A stretch of DNA of 64,000 nucleotides, taken from positions 26,164,001 through 26,228,000 of the forward strand of contig NC_047021.1 of the NCBI RefSeq assembly GCF_902652985.1. The letters run 5' to 3'. Below are positions 13,592 to 27,700 of the stretch, piece after piece. The notes beneath the pieces were generated by a model. It was not told the DNA's origin and searched no databases. It saw nothing but the letters and a program-made list of their open reading frames with translations. Origin of the DNA: Pecten maximus. Lineage: Eukaryota. How positions within the stretch are numbered: the stretch's first letter is position 1; each line of letters begins with the position of its first letter. The position numbers and the translations under genes were made by a program.

Positions 13592-16500
13592 TTAAGGTGG
13601 TGTTAGGACCGTGTCAAGCATGTGGATGACTCCGTTAGAGACAGTCTCATCAACAGATATCACATTAGCACCGTTTACCTTCACACCATCTGAAGATAAA
13701 AAATCCGAATACAAAAATAATCCAAACGTTTATAATACGTTTGATTGTCATTAAACCGATTCAGCTTAGCGAAGGTCATGGGAACTGAGATCGAATATAT
13801 TTATACAGTTTGATAGTAGCATGCTGAAGGGATCAGCCAAAGAGAAAACAATTACGAAACGACACTGGATTACATGAACTTCTGTTCTAAAAGACCGTAA
13901 GTAAGTAATATACCAGTCATCTTACTAGCTCAGGATATCGGGAATTTCCCTTTAGCCTAAAAGATGAATTAGGATGTCCAATAACGAGAGTAAAAGATTG
14001 CTAGTTCGAGCAACTGCACGGGCAGGCTACATCTCACATCAATCTTTCCGATCTTCTATACAGTATACAAAAATGGATCGTAAGGTATCAAAAAGAAAAT
14101 GTTATGCCAATTAGAAATAGTTATTTTCATGGGTCATATAATTATGTTTACTCCAAAGGCGATTTTACTTTAGACAAGGTAAATTTATTGAACACTATCG
14201 AGAGTTTAAACCATTACCCAGAGACACGGTGAGGTTGACTGAGTTGCCGTTGAGCGTTTTCAGTGATCCAGTCTCCATGCCAGCCCTGAAGTAGGTGTTT
14301 AATACTACATGGTAATACATCAACTCTGTAAAGGGATCAAAACACGCACGTGACTACATATGTTTGGTAGTACATATGTAGGGAATATGTCTAAATCCTG
14401 CACGCAAACCATTGGGAGCACATCAAAACAACGATAATATATCGGTGGGGAAAATGTACATGCGTTGTCATATTTACGATGTCTACAACCCGTTACTTTG
14501 AGATTAACTGTAAATAGTTTGTGTTATAAATTTACAGCCTAAAAACATTGAAGATGTGTCTTTAATTTAGGACAATACTTTTAGTATCTCAATATAAATA
14601 CTAATTAAGGTTAACTCTTTTTGTCATTCAATGGATGCGTCACATCTTTTGATAGGTTTACAACAACAGTTTGAAAAAGGAAATTGCAATAAACTGTTCA
14701 TGATTACGTATAGCGTATGTCTATATTCTGACCTTTGAGTGCCGTTGTATTCTTCAGAAGTCCGTCAATGGCTCCTTTTGGAAGTTTGGCGAAGGCTTCA
14801 TTGGTTGGGGCGAATAGAGTGAGAGGCCCCAGTGCTACCAAAACATATTACAGCAATAACATCGAATTAGCAGAACAGACACATTGACATCATCGTGAAT
14901 ACGTATTATACTATGACATATAAATATGTATCAATATGCACATTTGCGGCATGATGGGTGGTAAAAAAAAATCAAAAAGCACTCCGACGGTTGCTCTCCC
15001 ATATACTGGCCACCAGACCCTAAGTTTTATGATTACTATTATTTATAATTTCAATATTCTAGAGACACGGGGCAGTCTAGCTCTCCCCTTACAATCAATG
15101 CTTTCGTGGCCTCATCCAATGCAACTCTGGTGATTTAAGAAGTCGAAATGAAGGTAAAACAAATTAGAGCCAATACATGCACTGATTTACGTACTACTGA
15201 CATCCTTGATGACACTGGACTCTATGAAGAGTGTGGTGAGTGTTTGGAGAGGCTGCGCCTGGCGACATCCGTCCGCCATTGTTCCCGTTGGTGGAAGCAT
15301 CACCCCATCCAGGACGTTCAACACACCGTTTGTTGCATTCAGATCAACCCTGCCGAGGTCGATAGGACGCCCAGATGCTGTCGCCACCTGGAACAAAAGA
15401 AACTCTTGGCTACATGAAACGCTCATGCTTTATACCGACAACAAACAGGTATTTTCCACTTTTAACCATTACAACCATATATGATACGATTTAACACATA
15501 TGTGAGATATGAAGAAAGTAGTTCGATATTATCTTTATCAGTATTATACATTAAGACCTCAAGTTGATCATCATAGACATCACCAATAAACAAATCAATT
15601 TAAACATTTACCAAGTACATGTTATTGCCAAACATCAATTAAATAGCAAGTGCTTATGCATATTACTTTCAAAGAAATGTTCAACTTCATAAACAGGACA
15701 TTATATAATTATAAACATTCAGTAAATATTGGTATCATTACAGTTACATTTTGTATGTGTAGGAACCATTTTGACAATGTGTTTTTTCTATGACCTACTG
15801 TATTGTTGTGGTAGAAGTTGATGCGGATTGGCTGTCCATAGAGAGTGTTGAAGGTAGCCTCGTTTTTTAGCTGAGACTTGTGTATAGTCTGGTTGACTAT
15901 GTGGTACTTGAGGAACGCAATCCTGGTCTGGTTATCATCCTCCAAAGCTTGTCGTATTTCCATGGGAAGCTCAAAGAAGGCGTCATCAGTAGGCCCGAAC
16001 AGTGTGAGGTTACCTGAGAGGAAGACAAGAAGAATTCCGAAAGAATGAGAGAACGAAATAGTGTTAACCTTAACATATTTTTGAAACATCAGCTTCAGAT
16101 CATGTCAACATGACGTCATAATAACATAAGTTAAAGCAAACTTGTATGTGTGGCATTTTTCATGATAAGGCAACTCATAAAATAATTTTCAAAAATCCGA
16201 ATTTCGCTTGCAGCAACATAATTGTTTTTTACATGTATTGTATAGCAATAAATGAAACTCAAATGGTACCTGTACCGCTAGGTATGAACGTTAAAGATAC
16301 TTGCGTACCTACCCTGTTACTTGTACTGCTAGGTATGAACGTTAAAGATACTTGTGTACCTACCCTGTTATCTGTACCACTAGGTATGAACGTTAAAGAT
16401 ACTTGTGCACCTACCCTGTTATCTGTACCGCTAGGTATGAACGTTCAAGATACCTGTGCACCTACCCTGTTGTCTGTACCGCTAGGTATGAACGCTAAAG

Positions 16501-17747
16501 ATACCTGTGTACCTACCCTGCTATCTGTACCGCTAGGTATGAACATTAAAGATACCTGTGTACCTACCTTGTTATCTGTACCGCTAGGTATGAACGTTAA
16601 AGATACTTGTGTACCTACCCTGTTACCTGTAACGCTAGGTATGAACGTTAAAGATACTTGTGTACCTACCCTGTTATCTGTACCGCTAGGTATGAACGTT
16701 CAAGATACCTGTGTACCTACCCTGCTATCTGTACCGCTAGGTATGAAACATTAAAGATACTTGTGTACCTACCCTGTTATCTGTAACGCTAGGTATGAAC
16801 ATTAAGTTACCTGTGTACCTACCCTGTTACCTGTACCGCTAGGTATGAACATTTAAGTTACCTGTGTACCTACCCTGTTATCTGTACCGCTTAGGTATGA
16901 ACGTTAAAGATACCTTGTGTACCTACCCTGTTACCTGTACCGCTAGGTATGAACGTTTAAAGATACTTGGTGTACCTATTCGCTGCTATCTGTACCGCTA
17001 AGGTAATGAACGTTAAAGATACATGTGTACCTACCCTGCTATCTGTACCGCTAGGTATGAACGTTAAAGATACATGTTATACCTACCCTGTTATCTGTAC
17101 CGCTAGGTATGAACGTTAAAGATACTTGTGTACCTATCCTGTTACCTACATGTACAAAATGTATAATGTCGGCATGGACATTAAAACGTCATCGTTGATT
17201 TTGAGATGTTTAAAATGTGGATATGGAAGTTTTTCAGTCATTGATGCCACATAAAAAGTGTAAATATTTGCTGTACGCGATCAGGAACTTGTTGATGTAA
17301 TGTGTTAACATTGCTTTACTGTTTATATGTAAACGCATATACATGTAGTTTATTTTTTATAACATCTCTAATGGAGATGGGACTACATCCTACGTTTTAA
17401 GTCATACAGTAAAGAGGAAGTATTGATATTTAGATCGACTTCCTCCTCCAATGTTAAACTATCTACCCATCCACATCTCTCTTCACGTTCAATACATGTC
17501 ATTACAATACTTCCCATCATATGTTAGTAGTATGATATATATATTAGACCTATTGCGTTGAGGTACCTGGTTTGGTCAGTATGCCGTCCAGTCCTGCCTG
17601 ACTGGCTAATGTCACGAGCACAGACTCCCCTTCATTCACAGCTGTTTGGACAAGTGACACCTTCTCCTTCACATACAGTAACTGATGTCCGGCTACCAGA
17701 ACGATGACCAGCGTGTGGACAATCAGGGTGAAACTTAAACACCACAT
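13592..17747 (-). CDS. Secreted two-FAS1-domain protein A (fasciclin/TGFBI/periostin-like), 6 exons: 17747-17567, 16013-15799, 15387-15195, 14834-14733, 14325-14218, 13689-13592; ~298 aa
   Basis: Signal peptide [20 protein letters not shown]; H1 motifs [10 protein letters not shown] and [10 protein letters not shown]; YH motifs LKYHIV and MYYHVV; H2 motifs [10 protein letters not shown] and [11 protein letters not shown]. All introns GT-AG, phases 1,0,1,1,1; 897 nt in frame; AATAAA (-) at 13320-13325. Confidence 0.9.
16266..17150. repeat. 51-bp minisatellite, ~17 copies, intron 1 of FAS1-A
   Basis: Unit GTACCGCTAGGTATGAACGTTAAAGATACTTGTGTACCTACCCTGTTATCT. Confidence 0.95.
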
Positions 17748-18509
17748 CTTAAATTAAAGGTTAACTCATGCTCGATATTCAATAATACATAGCTGACATG
17801 TTTGGTCACCTGATAGATAAGCGTATCGACTGTGTAGACACATTGTCACACGCTTATCCACACGTATACACACTTACACACATAAACACACCCACACGCA
17901 TAAACACACACCCGGTAATAGACAGGTAAGTGTGTCACATGGAACGAACGACTTGATAGATATCATATAACGCACATGTAGATTCGGTTTTTATTCATCT
18001 AGTCCGAGCTTAAAACAAAGGTAATAAGTAAACAAATTCATCAGCCATAAGTCAAGGTAAATGTAAAGTAAAATGCAAATGTACTGTATGCATTTGTTTG
18101 CCCACTTTATCAGTAAATAAAATTTGGTTATATTTATAGTGCTCTCAGCCGGTGACATACATCTGCTGATATCTGCGTTGAATGTGGATTTATATACCTT
18201 GGAATACTTATAGAAGAACTATAGAATGGTGATATAACTTTACCTATCGCTCCTCAGTATATATCTGACAGGTAACTAGAATATGTTTTGTTTTTCTATC
18301 AGTATATCGCGAAACCTAACTCATTTATTGTTCTCTTTCGTGTGCAACGCTATTTTTCAATTTTATTGCTGATAGTGTCTAGAGTGTGAAGATCTGTAAT
18401 ATGTACATAAACGTTATTAAATGAATGTTTACTGGTTACTTATTCTCGTTTAAGGACAGGCGCAACACATTCATTTGAATTACATTTGCAGGGCAGGTAT
18501 CGTCGATGA

Positions 18510-19575
18510 AGTAGAACACACATACCCTTACGGAACACCTGGAATAGAACACACGTACCCTTACGGAACACCTGGAATAGAACACACGTACCCTTACGGA
18601 ACACCTGGAGTAGAACACACGTACCCTTACGGAACACCTGGAGTAGAACATACGTACCCTTACGGAACCCCTGCAGTAGAACACACGTACCCTTATGGAA
18701 CACCTGGAATAGAACACACGTACCCTTACGGAACACCTGGAGTAGAACACACGTACCCTTATGGAACACCTGGAGTAAAACACACGTACCCTTACGGAAC
18801 CCCTGCAGTAGAACACACGTACCCTTACGGAACCCCTGCAGTAGAACACACGTACCCTTATGGAACACCTGGAGTAGAACACACGTACCCTTACGGAACA
18901 CGTGGAGTAGAACACACGTACCCTTACGGAACCCCTGCAGTAGAACACACGTACCCTTACGGAACACGTGGAGTAGAACACACGTACCCTTACAGAATAC
19001 CTGGAGTAGAACACACGTACCCTTACGGAACACCTGGAATAGAACACACGTACCCTTACGGAACACCTGGAATAGAACACACGTACCCTTACGGAACACC
19101 TGGAATAGAACACATGTACCCTTATGGAACACCTAGAATATAACACAGGTACTTTTAGGGAACACCTGGAGTAGAAAACTCGTACCCTTACGGAACACGT
19201 GGAGTAGAACACACGTACCCTTACGGAACACATGGAATAGAACACACGTACCCTTATGGAACACCTGGAATATAACACAGGTACTTTTAGGGAACACCTG
19301 GAGTAGAAAACACGTACCCTTACGGAACACGTTGAGTAGAACACACGTACCCTTACGGAACACCTGGAGTAGAACACACGTACCCTTATGGAACACCTGG
19401 AGTAGAACACACGTGCCCTTATGGAACACCTGGAATAGAACACACGTACCCTTATGGAACACCTGAAGTAGAACAGACGTACCATTACGGAACACCTGGA
19501 GTAGAACACACGTACCCTTACGGAACACCTGGAATAGAACACACGTACACATGTACCTTACAGAGTACCTGGAGT
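18510..19575. repeat. 33-bp minisatellite, ~32 copies, upstream of FAS1-A
   Basis: Unit GGAGTAGAACACACGTACCCTTACGGAACACCT; a diverged variant unit recurs at 132-bp spacing (about 19135 and 19267). Confidence 0.95.
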
Positions 19576-20236
19576 TATTCTCTATGACCAAAATGCCTCA
19601 AAGAAAATAAACATCTTGTTGATATTCTATAATTGATAAAAACAATGAATTAATAATAATGCAGTTATAATTCTATACCTTTCAGCATGCATATACATAT
19701 TCGCTGATCATATGTTTTCGTGCTACACACATGCATATTAAAATCACCACGAATATTTCCAGCTGTACTGTGATAAGTTTTATGACATGCATACGTAACT
19801 CATGCAGGTTTAAAACCGGTGACGGCTCGCCCCTTTCACAACAAATCTCAGTCAATAGTTTTGGTTTGGTTTATTTTGTTTAAGGACATGCCCGAGTTTT
19901 TCAAACAATAGAAGTCCATTGCAAACATAATAAAAACACCAGGTTATACATATCTAGTTGATGAACTACTTATTTTTACCTGCTGTTTATTATCATTACT
20001 GTTTAAAACGTGAATAATATTTTATCATCGTTTTGCAGAATGAATGTTTTATTGAAATATTGCAATGCTATGCACAGTATATTGTATAAAAATCGCAGTC
20101 CTATTTATCGTCTATAGTATATAAATATTCGATTTCAGACTGAATATAGCTGTCAATTTCAAATGCTTTATTATTGCTCCTCAACGCCAATGTAACAAAC
20201 TTTCCCATCCTCGATGTACACGAAGGTGTAGAGTTT

Positions 20237-20407
20237 AATACACACTGTTTTTCGTCAAGTCGTGTGTAAACATTAAATCGTGTCTGGTAGCCATTACACA
20301 TAATATCTTACAGGTAAATACACACTGTTTTTCGTCAAGTCGTGTGTAAACATTAAATCGTGTCTGGTAGCCATTACACATAATATCTTACAGGTAAATA
20401 CACACTG
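20237..20407. repeat. Exact 80-bp tandem duplication
   Basis: AATACACACTGTTTTTCGTCAAG...CTTACAGGTA occurs twice plus a partial third start. Confidence 0.9.
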
Positions 20408-21665
20408 CCGTACGGCGTCGCTTTTGCCAGGTTATATTAGGACATATTTGTGAAAGATTCCTGTAAATCTGTCTATACCTAAAAAGGTATATGGGGATAT
20501 CTAATTACAGAATGCACGGCATGATGTTATGTCAAGGAAGATTATCCTGGGACTTTTGACAGCACCGCCGACGGTACATGAAGAAAATATTCAGTGATGA
20601 TTAATATACCACTTTTTTATTTACTCTGTACAAAAGTAACTGGTTCAATCGATTATATCTAGCGACTTCGTCTCAGGAAACCGATCTGGTCACGGGTATT
20701 TGCTAAAACCCCAACCTCATTCTTCAACTGTATATTGATAACTAATTTCAATTTCAATAGTATATTGTAAAAATAATGCTGGAATAGCTGATTTAGATAT
20801 TGAGCTGCACGATTCGTTATAGTAATTATTCAAACAAATAAGACTTGGTTTTTAAGATTAAAGTGATTAAGTGTGTTGGATGTCCATCTAAGGTGCAGAA
20901 AATACTTTGATATCATCATAATGTGAAAAGAACAAGTAAAATCATTTTGTTACGAACACAAAATTAGACAGAAGCTTAAATGGGAGTTATCTTTCTTTAT
21001 ATCATACTGAACTACCGTATTTTCCTGTAATGTAATGTCATGCACGGAGTATTCAGACAAGACACCTAAATATATTTTAACTCTCAGAACTATAAATTTG
21101 ATATCAAACATTATACAATATGTAATTGCATACAGACATATAGAATCATACAACTCGTCCTATTTGATAACAAACTTAATTTGTTGATAATAAATTCCCC
21201 AGCAAACAACGTTTGACATGACATCAGTGTCTATATAAGGGATTTGTTGTATTTGGATTTTGGGGACATATTAAGTGGTGTTCTCATCTTAGCGTGTACC
21301 AGTGTGTTAACATATTTTATTACTGTCAACACTTTGTCAGCATATGTTGACCTAATTGCTGATTAACTCCATGGGATGCTGAGCCCATTTGATCTACCTC
21401 TCATGTTTTGTGAAGCACGTGGTCTATATATTGCTTTATGTAAAAACTGCATGTTTGTCCATGTGCTGAAGTTGTTATATATTTCTCACATAGATATTGA
21501 CACTCTTTGTTTTGTGCTTTTGTTTATGTTTTGATACATTATGGCGTTTTTTTTTCTGAATTCCTTCTTGACTATTGACGATTCAATCTTTTTTATGTAT
21601 CTACAACATGAGCTCATTGACTTAATCCACAATTAAGTCAGTCACTGCATTACATCACGTGTTAT

Positions 21666-22207
21666 TTAAGAAATAATTAACGATGATTCGTGTATTATTG
21701 CAGGATATACAACGAGGACGAGGATATTTTGCAATTCAATACACGAGTCAAAGTTGATTATTTCTATTCTACCATGTACTGTTTAGTTCTGAGATCGACC
21801 TCTTTCTAATAGAAAAACAGCAAAGAAACCCCGAGAAAACCTTGTAATTTATTTCTTGAGTATTGCATTATTTGTTGATGAAATATACAGGCAATTCAGT
21901 ACTACGATCAAGAGCATCTATCATATGGCATTGATTTTGAAAATTAAAAAAAAAGGAGAAAAAGAATTAAAATAGGGGGCCTCCATAGGATTCGAACTCG
22001 CGTCGTGATAAAAATTTATTGAAAGACTAACCCATTAGCCCACTCGGCTATAGTAACCTTTTATAAAACAGGTGAATATTACATATATAAAATTGTTACA
22101 GCCGTGACTGCCGACCGTGTATTATTGGCACGAGCGTGGGTTATTGGAAAATAATACATGGTTTTAAACCAATCAAAACTGGCGTTGCATAGCAAACATG
22201 GTAGAAT
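21666..22207 (-). mobile_element. Interspersed non-autonomous element, copy 1 (tRNA-like cassette on - strand; terminal palindrome partly deleted)
   Basis: Near-identical reverse complement of 42301-42927; internal inverted repeat ATTCTACCATGT...ACATGGTAGAAT. Confidence 0.8.
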
Positions 22208-23478
22208 AATAGTTAAACTACCATTACCACCGGCTCAGAATATACATATCGCTATAATTTGAAAAATATCATTCAAAATCGAGCAACTACTAACTTTGCA
22301 AAATCATGAAGTGTCAATGTACATTTTAAGCCCTTGTGCGAAAGTGTTAAAAAGGTGTTTATCCTTTTCCCGCCAAATCTGGATAGTTTGTAATCTCTGG
22401 TTTGTCTCTTCCGTCGTCACCAAACAGTCCTTTATGAGATGACACACACAAATGTCCGGGTAACACAAGAATGAGACAAAACATTAATAAATGAATAGTG
22501 AATGTTGTACGACAATGGTATAATCATGTATATTGTATGTGTAAATAGTATACCCTGTACCATGGTATTAGTCAAGAAAGCTTATAATATTATCATACAC
22601 GTTATCAACTGGATAACAATTTAGACAGGTATTCCTTAAATACCAATGAAATCCTTTCTTTACCCACATACACCTAGCACATACCCCAAATCAGTCACTT
22701 TGGTTAAAAAGTGGTTTCAAATTAGGTGAAGACGATATCGTTCTGGCATTTTAAAAAAATGTGCGTAATGGTAGAACAAATGCAACAACTTAATAAAATA
22801 ACTTGTCCATTCTATTTCCAAGTTTTCGGTAACACGCACCTAACATTTAGTTTATTTCCCCGAGGGATATTTATAAAAAACACTAGTTGTATTTATGCAT
22901 GCTCCACATAAAACTAAAACCAATGATTGAATTGAAAAGGCCATCTTATACAAGATGACAATTTATTAAAGAAACATGAAAAATATTATCATCAGAAATA
23001 TTTTGAAAAGCTCATCATAAGATGGCTAATTCCGCATCAGTATTAGAACAAAATACAAATTGTATGACAATTTACATCCTTAGGTGGGTATTCAACAGAA
23101 TTACGCCAAAAAGTATTGATAGAATTACACCGAAATAGAACAAAATACAAATTGAATGACAATTTACATCATGAGTGGATATTTGGCAGAATTACCCAAA
23201 ACCGTATTACATGTAAAAGGGTGGAATGAGGGTGGGCTTCGAAATAGCTTAATTTTAGATTTAGTTCTATATGCGTAAAAACAAAATGGCGATGATGAAA
23301 AAAAAATGTTCAAGTGAAGAAAAGTAAACAGCCAATCATCGACCAGCAAGTGCTGTGTGCTCTGGGGCCGCCAACGGGATAAAAAGGCCCCCATAAAGGG
23401 ACATAACCCAAACAGAATAAAATTACAAGAAAATGTATGTGTTACAGCATAAAATCAGCTATTTGCATAGCTTGCATT

Positions 23479-23611
23479 TAAGGATTGTACCTCATTTTGA
23501 CTGCGTATACGGTAGTATGCCCACAGTTGGCAACGCGCTAACCATAGGAAATGTTCGTTGCCAACTGCGGGCATACTACCGTATACGCAGTCAAATAAGT
23601 TACAATCCTTA
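23479..23611. mobile_element. Hairpin/MITE-like palindrome (~55-bp arms, ~20-nt loop)
   Basis: TAAGGATTGTACCTCATTTTGACTGCGTATACGGTAGTATGCCCACAGTTGGCAACG pairs with CGTTGCCAACTGCGGGCATACTACCGTATACGCAGTCAAATAAGTTACAATCCTTA. Confidence 0.7.
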
Positions 23612-24711
23612 TATTTACATCAAACAAATCGTTTAAATACAGTACGAAGAAAATAGAATTCAGGGTGTGTTGCGACTTTGGTACCTAAGGTAGTCGTGGT
23701 TGCTAAGATAATATAGTTCCAGTGAATCTACGTAAAGACACAGTATTGTTAACAAAATTAAAAGAAACAAATCCACATTTTTGTTAAATACCTTTTACGT
23801 TTTTAATTGATTGATTTAATTAATTAATCAATTAATTCACAATCCACAACTTCGTCTAACATTAACTATGGTTATAAAGCAAAGTGTGTTTTGACACAGA
23901 TTTAGTAGTGACGTGGTCAAATGTTCTCTTGGAACTGTACACTTCAGCCATTCTCGTGGAGAAGTCAAATATGCATCCATTTAAACAATATTCAGTTTAG
24001 TTTTTCATCAAATACTCACTTGACGTTGGCTTTTTGTGCAGATATCATCGGGAAACAGGAAACAAGGCTAAAATTGCATTGATCAGTCCTTTCAAAATAG
24101 CGCCATCTAGTTGACGTTGCGTAAAAAGACGACGTCATAATTATGTTACCGATTCCCGAGCTTATTAATCCGCTGTGCCTTTTTTTCACTTCGTATACGC
24201 TAATTTATTCGCAGTCAGAATTTACTAAGCTGAAGAAGGGAGAGATGTAAATATTTGATTATGTAAATAAAAACATTGGCAATCGTTATATACAAATGTA
24301 CGAGTTCAAATTCTTATTCTTCAGACGTCTTTCATGTTTTGCTCTATTTATTTTGTTGCTTTCTCTGATCATGTTTCAGTCACCAAGAAAAGAATTATAA
24401 TATTTCTTACAGTAATAAGACGAAATCCATAGTGAAATACATAATTGCGTGGATTAGATACAACTTAATCAAGTAATTATTGTCAATCACACTGACATAT
24501 ATATATATAATGTTATTTATGTACTAGCTAAATATTTTAACATTATGGGGTAAAGGCTCGCCGCTCTCTATATTTCAACCTCTGTTAAGGCTGTTTTCAA
24601 TCACAAAATTTAGTTTAATACAGTTTTTTATTGTAAACCGATAATATACATTCATTAGTAAGGTATTCCGTGACGTCACTCCCTTTTTTATAAGGACTGC
24701 GTCACGTGAAG

Positions 24712-27700
24712 TCAAATTTCTTCATCGTCCAACAGCTTGTGAGGAAATAAGACGGTGTCCATACCGTGTACAACTCCGTTACTGACGTTAATGTCCGGGT
24801 AGGCTATTTTGATACTATTTGCTGTGGCATAGGCTGCAATGAGTGGCATAGGTGACATAACATTTTAAAGTTAATGCAGTGTTTTAGTTATCAGCTGAGC
24901 TGATATGTAATTACAGAAGGCTACATTACCAATATCAATTAAATTAATTGTCTTGTTCATTAAGTTCATGATCTCAGATATATAACGTTATGGGATGGTA
25001 AAGCCGGATACCACAAAAGCAATGTAGTCTTAAAATAGAGCTAGTAAACTCTTATCCCGGGTCATTTGTCTGAATATCATCGGTTGACCTGATTTGTCAA
25101 TGAGAGTCAAACAAGAAATTTCAACAGAGAAAATCGATTTCGGTACATGGTACACGGGGGTTTATTAAGAATAAACCTTCGCTCGTCCATACAAACAACA
25201 TTATACTATGTTTCTGAAACGCTAGATATAATTAAAACAGCTAGATTTAAATCTCAATGGAATAGACATTGACTGGGGTGATAGCACTAACATGGTACCA
25301 AATAATCTTATTAAAAGCCTATAGAAGTGACTTACAATATAAATGGATATATTGATTAAAGTCATATTTTCAATTAAGGTGATTTGTTGGCGTAATATTA
25401 CCATTGGTCGTTTCACCAACATGTGTTGAAATAACAACACCTTCCGAAGAAACACACCAGAAATAGTCTACTTATATACGGTACACGGGGTTTTCCTTTT
25501 TACCGTTTTCGTACTAGAATTCGTTAAATTGGAGACACATTTATGATTTTCTGTGAGATTTGTCTTAATATTTGTTTAATTAAAGTCCTGTAACCGCGGC
25601 CAGGACCTGTATACTTACTCTCGGTGACATTGACGCTGACCCAGCCTAGCGATAGCATCTGTAGTAGATTGGAGTATTGCTTGGCCAGGAAGCCTTGGGT
25701 GAAATGTGTCCCAACACAAATGTGGTACGTCAGCACTTCTGTAAAAATGAGACAACATGACCACTGAGTAATTAATGAAGAGACAAAATGTTAATTACAA
25801 AAACGTAGAAAGACAAACAGTGAAATACTTAGCATCTAAAAAACTATTGAATGCAGACGATTTTGTTTTGAAAATGTTCAATATGTGGTATATGAAATAT
25901 GATCACTTGTGCCAACCTTCGTGAGCTGAATACCACATAAAATATCGCTTAAAATGTAAACAGAAATTGCACAGAGATCCTGGGGAAAAAAAGTAAAAAA
26001 ATCATAAGAACTGTTATTCCAGAGGGTAAACGTCAATGCATATTAATTAGTAGTTTTATTCTCGAGATATTTATAGTTCTACTTATATCAAATACATAGC
26101 ATGTGTCTGCATCAATACTTGCGAGTATGTTAAACGGTTCGGGTATCTGTTGTTAGCATTACATTGTCAGGGAAGTGAGGAAACAATATGCTGATAAGAT
26201 TGTATCCCCTGTATGATATGATCATCTGTCTATATAAAATAGTATATAGAAAACAACATTATGTTACAAGATAAGATTGTAGCCCCTGTATGATATGATC
26301 ATCTGTCTATATAAAATAGTATATAGAAAACAGCATTATGTTACAAGATAAGGTTGTATCCCATGTATGATATGATCATCTGTCTATATAAAACAACATT
26401 ATGTTACAAGATAAGATTGTATCCCCTGTATGATATGATCATCTGTCTATATAAAACAACATTATGTTACAAGATAAGATTGTATCCCCTGTATGATATG
26501 ATCATCTGTCTATATAAAACAACATTATGTTACAAGATAAGGTTGTATCCCCTGTATGATATGATCATCTGTCTATATAAAACAGCATTATGTTACAAGA
26601 TAAGATTGTAGCCCCTGTATGATATGATCATCTGTCTGTATAAAACAACATTATGTTACAAGATAAGATTGTATCCCCTGTATGATATGATCATCTGTCT
26701 ATATAAAACAGCATTATGTTACAAGATAAGATTGTATCCCCTGTATGATATGATCATCTGTCTATATAAAACAACATTATGTTACAAGATAAGATTGTAG
26801 CCCCTGTATGATATGATCATCTGTCTATATAAAACAACATTGTGTCACAAGATAAGATTGTATCCCCTGTACGATATGATCATCTGTCTACATAAAACAA
26901 CATTATGTTACAAGATAAGATTGTGTCCCCTGTATGATATGATCATCTGTCTATATAAAACAACATTATGTTACAAGATAAGGTTGTATCCCCTGTATGA
27001 TATGAGCATCTTTGTCTATATAAAATAGTAAAGATGTAAAACGTCATCGTGTTATAAGATAAGATTCCATTCTTAGTTAACTGTGGGTACATCACATTCC
27101 GGTCTACCTTGTTAAGTTAGATATGTTCTCACCTTCTAATGCCGTCCTATTAGATAGAAGTTTCTCCAACATGTCCCCTGGTAACTTCTTAAACGCGGCA
27201 TCCGTTGGCGCAAATATCGTGAGGGGACCATCGCCTTTCACATAAATTAAATAAAGCATAATTGTTGTTTTAATATAGTGATTTTGACATGATTTTATCT
27301 GGATAGAGAGTGGTGGCATCAGTAGCAACATAAGTGCAATGTTAAAATGCTGTGTCAAATTTTTCTTCTCATTTTCACATATGCTTATTAGAGCTGAAAG
27401 ATTAAAAGGGATTGATTTCCAAAAGTATTCCGGATGTTGTCCTTAAAAACTTTTAAAAACGTCCATATACCTGGAAATGTTGATGTAAACATTATCCGGA
27501 TGTTGTTATCACTTAAATGTCGTGTGTATCCATACTGTAGCATTCCACAGTTGTTTCAGAAAAAAATAGGGCGCATTACACTAAATGTATGCAGGAAAAC
27601 TCTCCCTGTCGGTATATTTTGTCAGATGTGAAGTACACAAAACCTATCTCAGCCAATGTACAATGTACCTATTCCCCTGTCACAAAATTGTGCATAAGAC

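Noticed and set aside
16146-16754. 202-aa repetitive ORF
   Set aside because: Translation of the 51-bp intronic minisatellite antisense to FAS1-A; indels break the frame downstream
18436-19591. Long repetitive ORFs on both strands, including a Tyr/Gly/Pro-rich GVEHTYPYGTP repeat resembling a structural protein
   Set aside because: A 33-bp unit lacking stops leaves several frames open automatically. The + ORF starts at TTG, has no signal peptide and is broken by TAA in variant units.
26354-27028. Repetitive 21-aa-period ORFs
   Set aside because: Products of the 63-bp minisatellite with scattered stops
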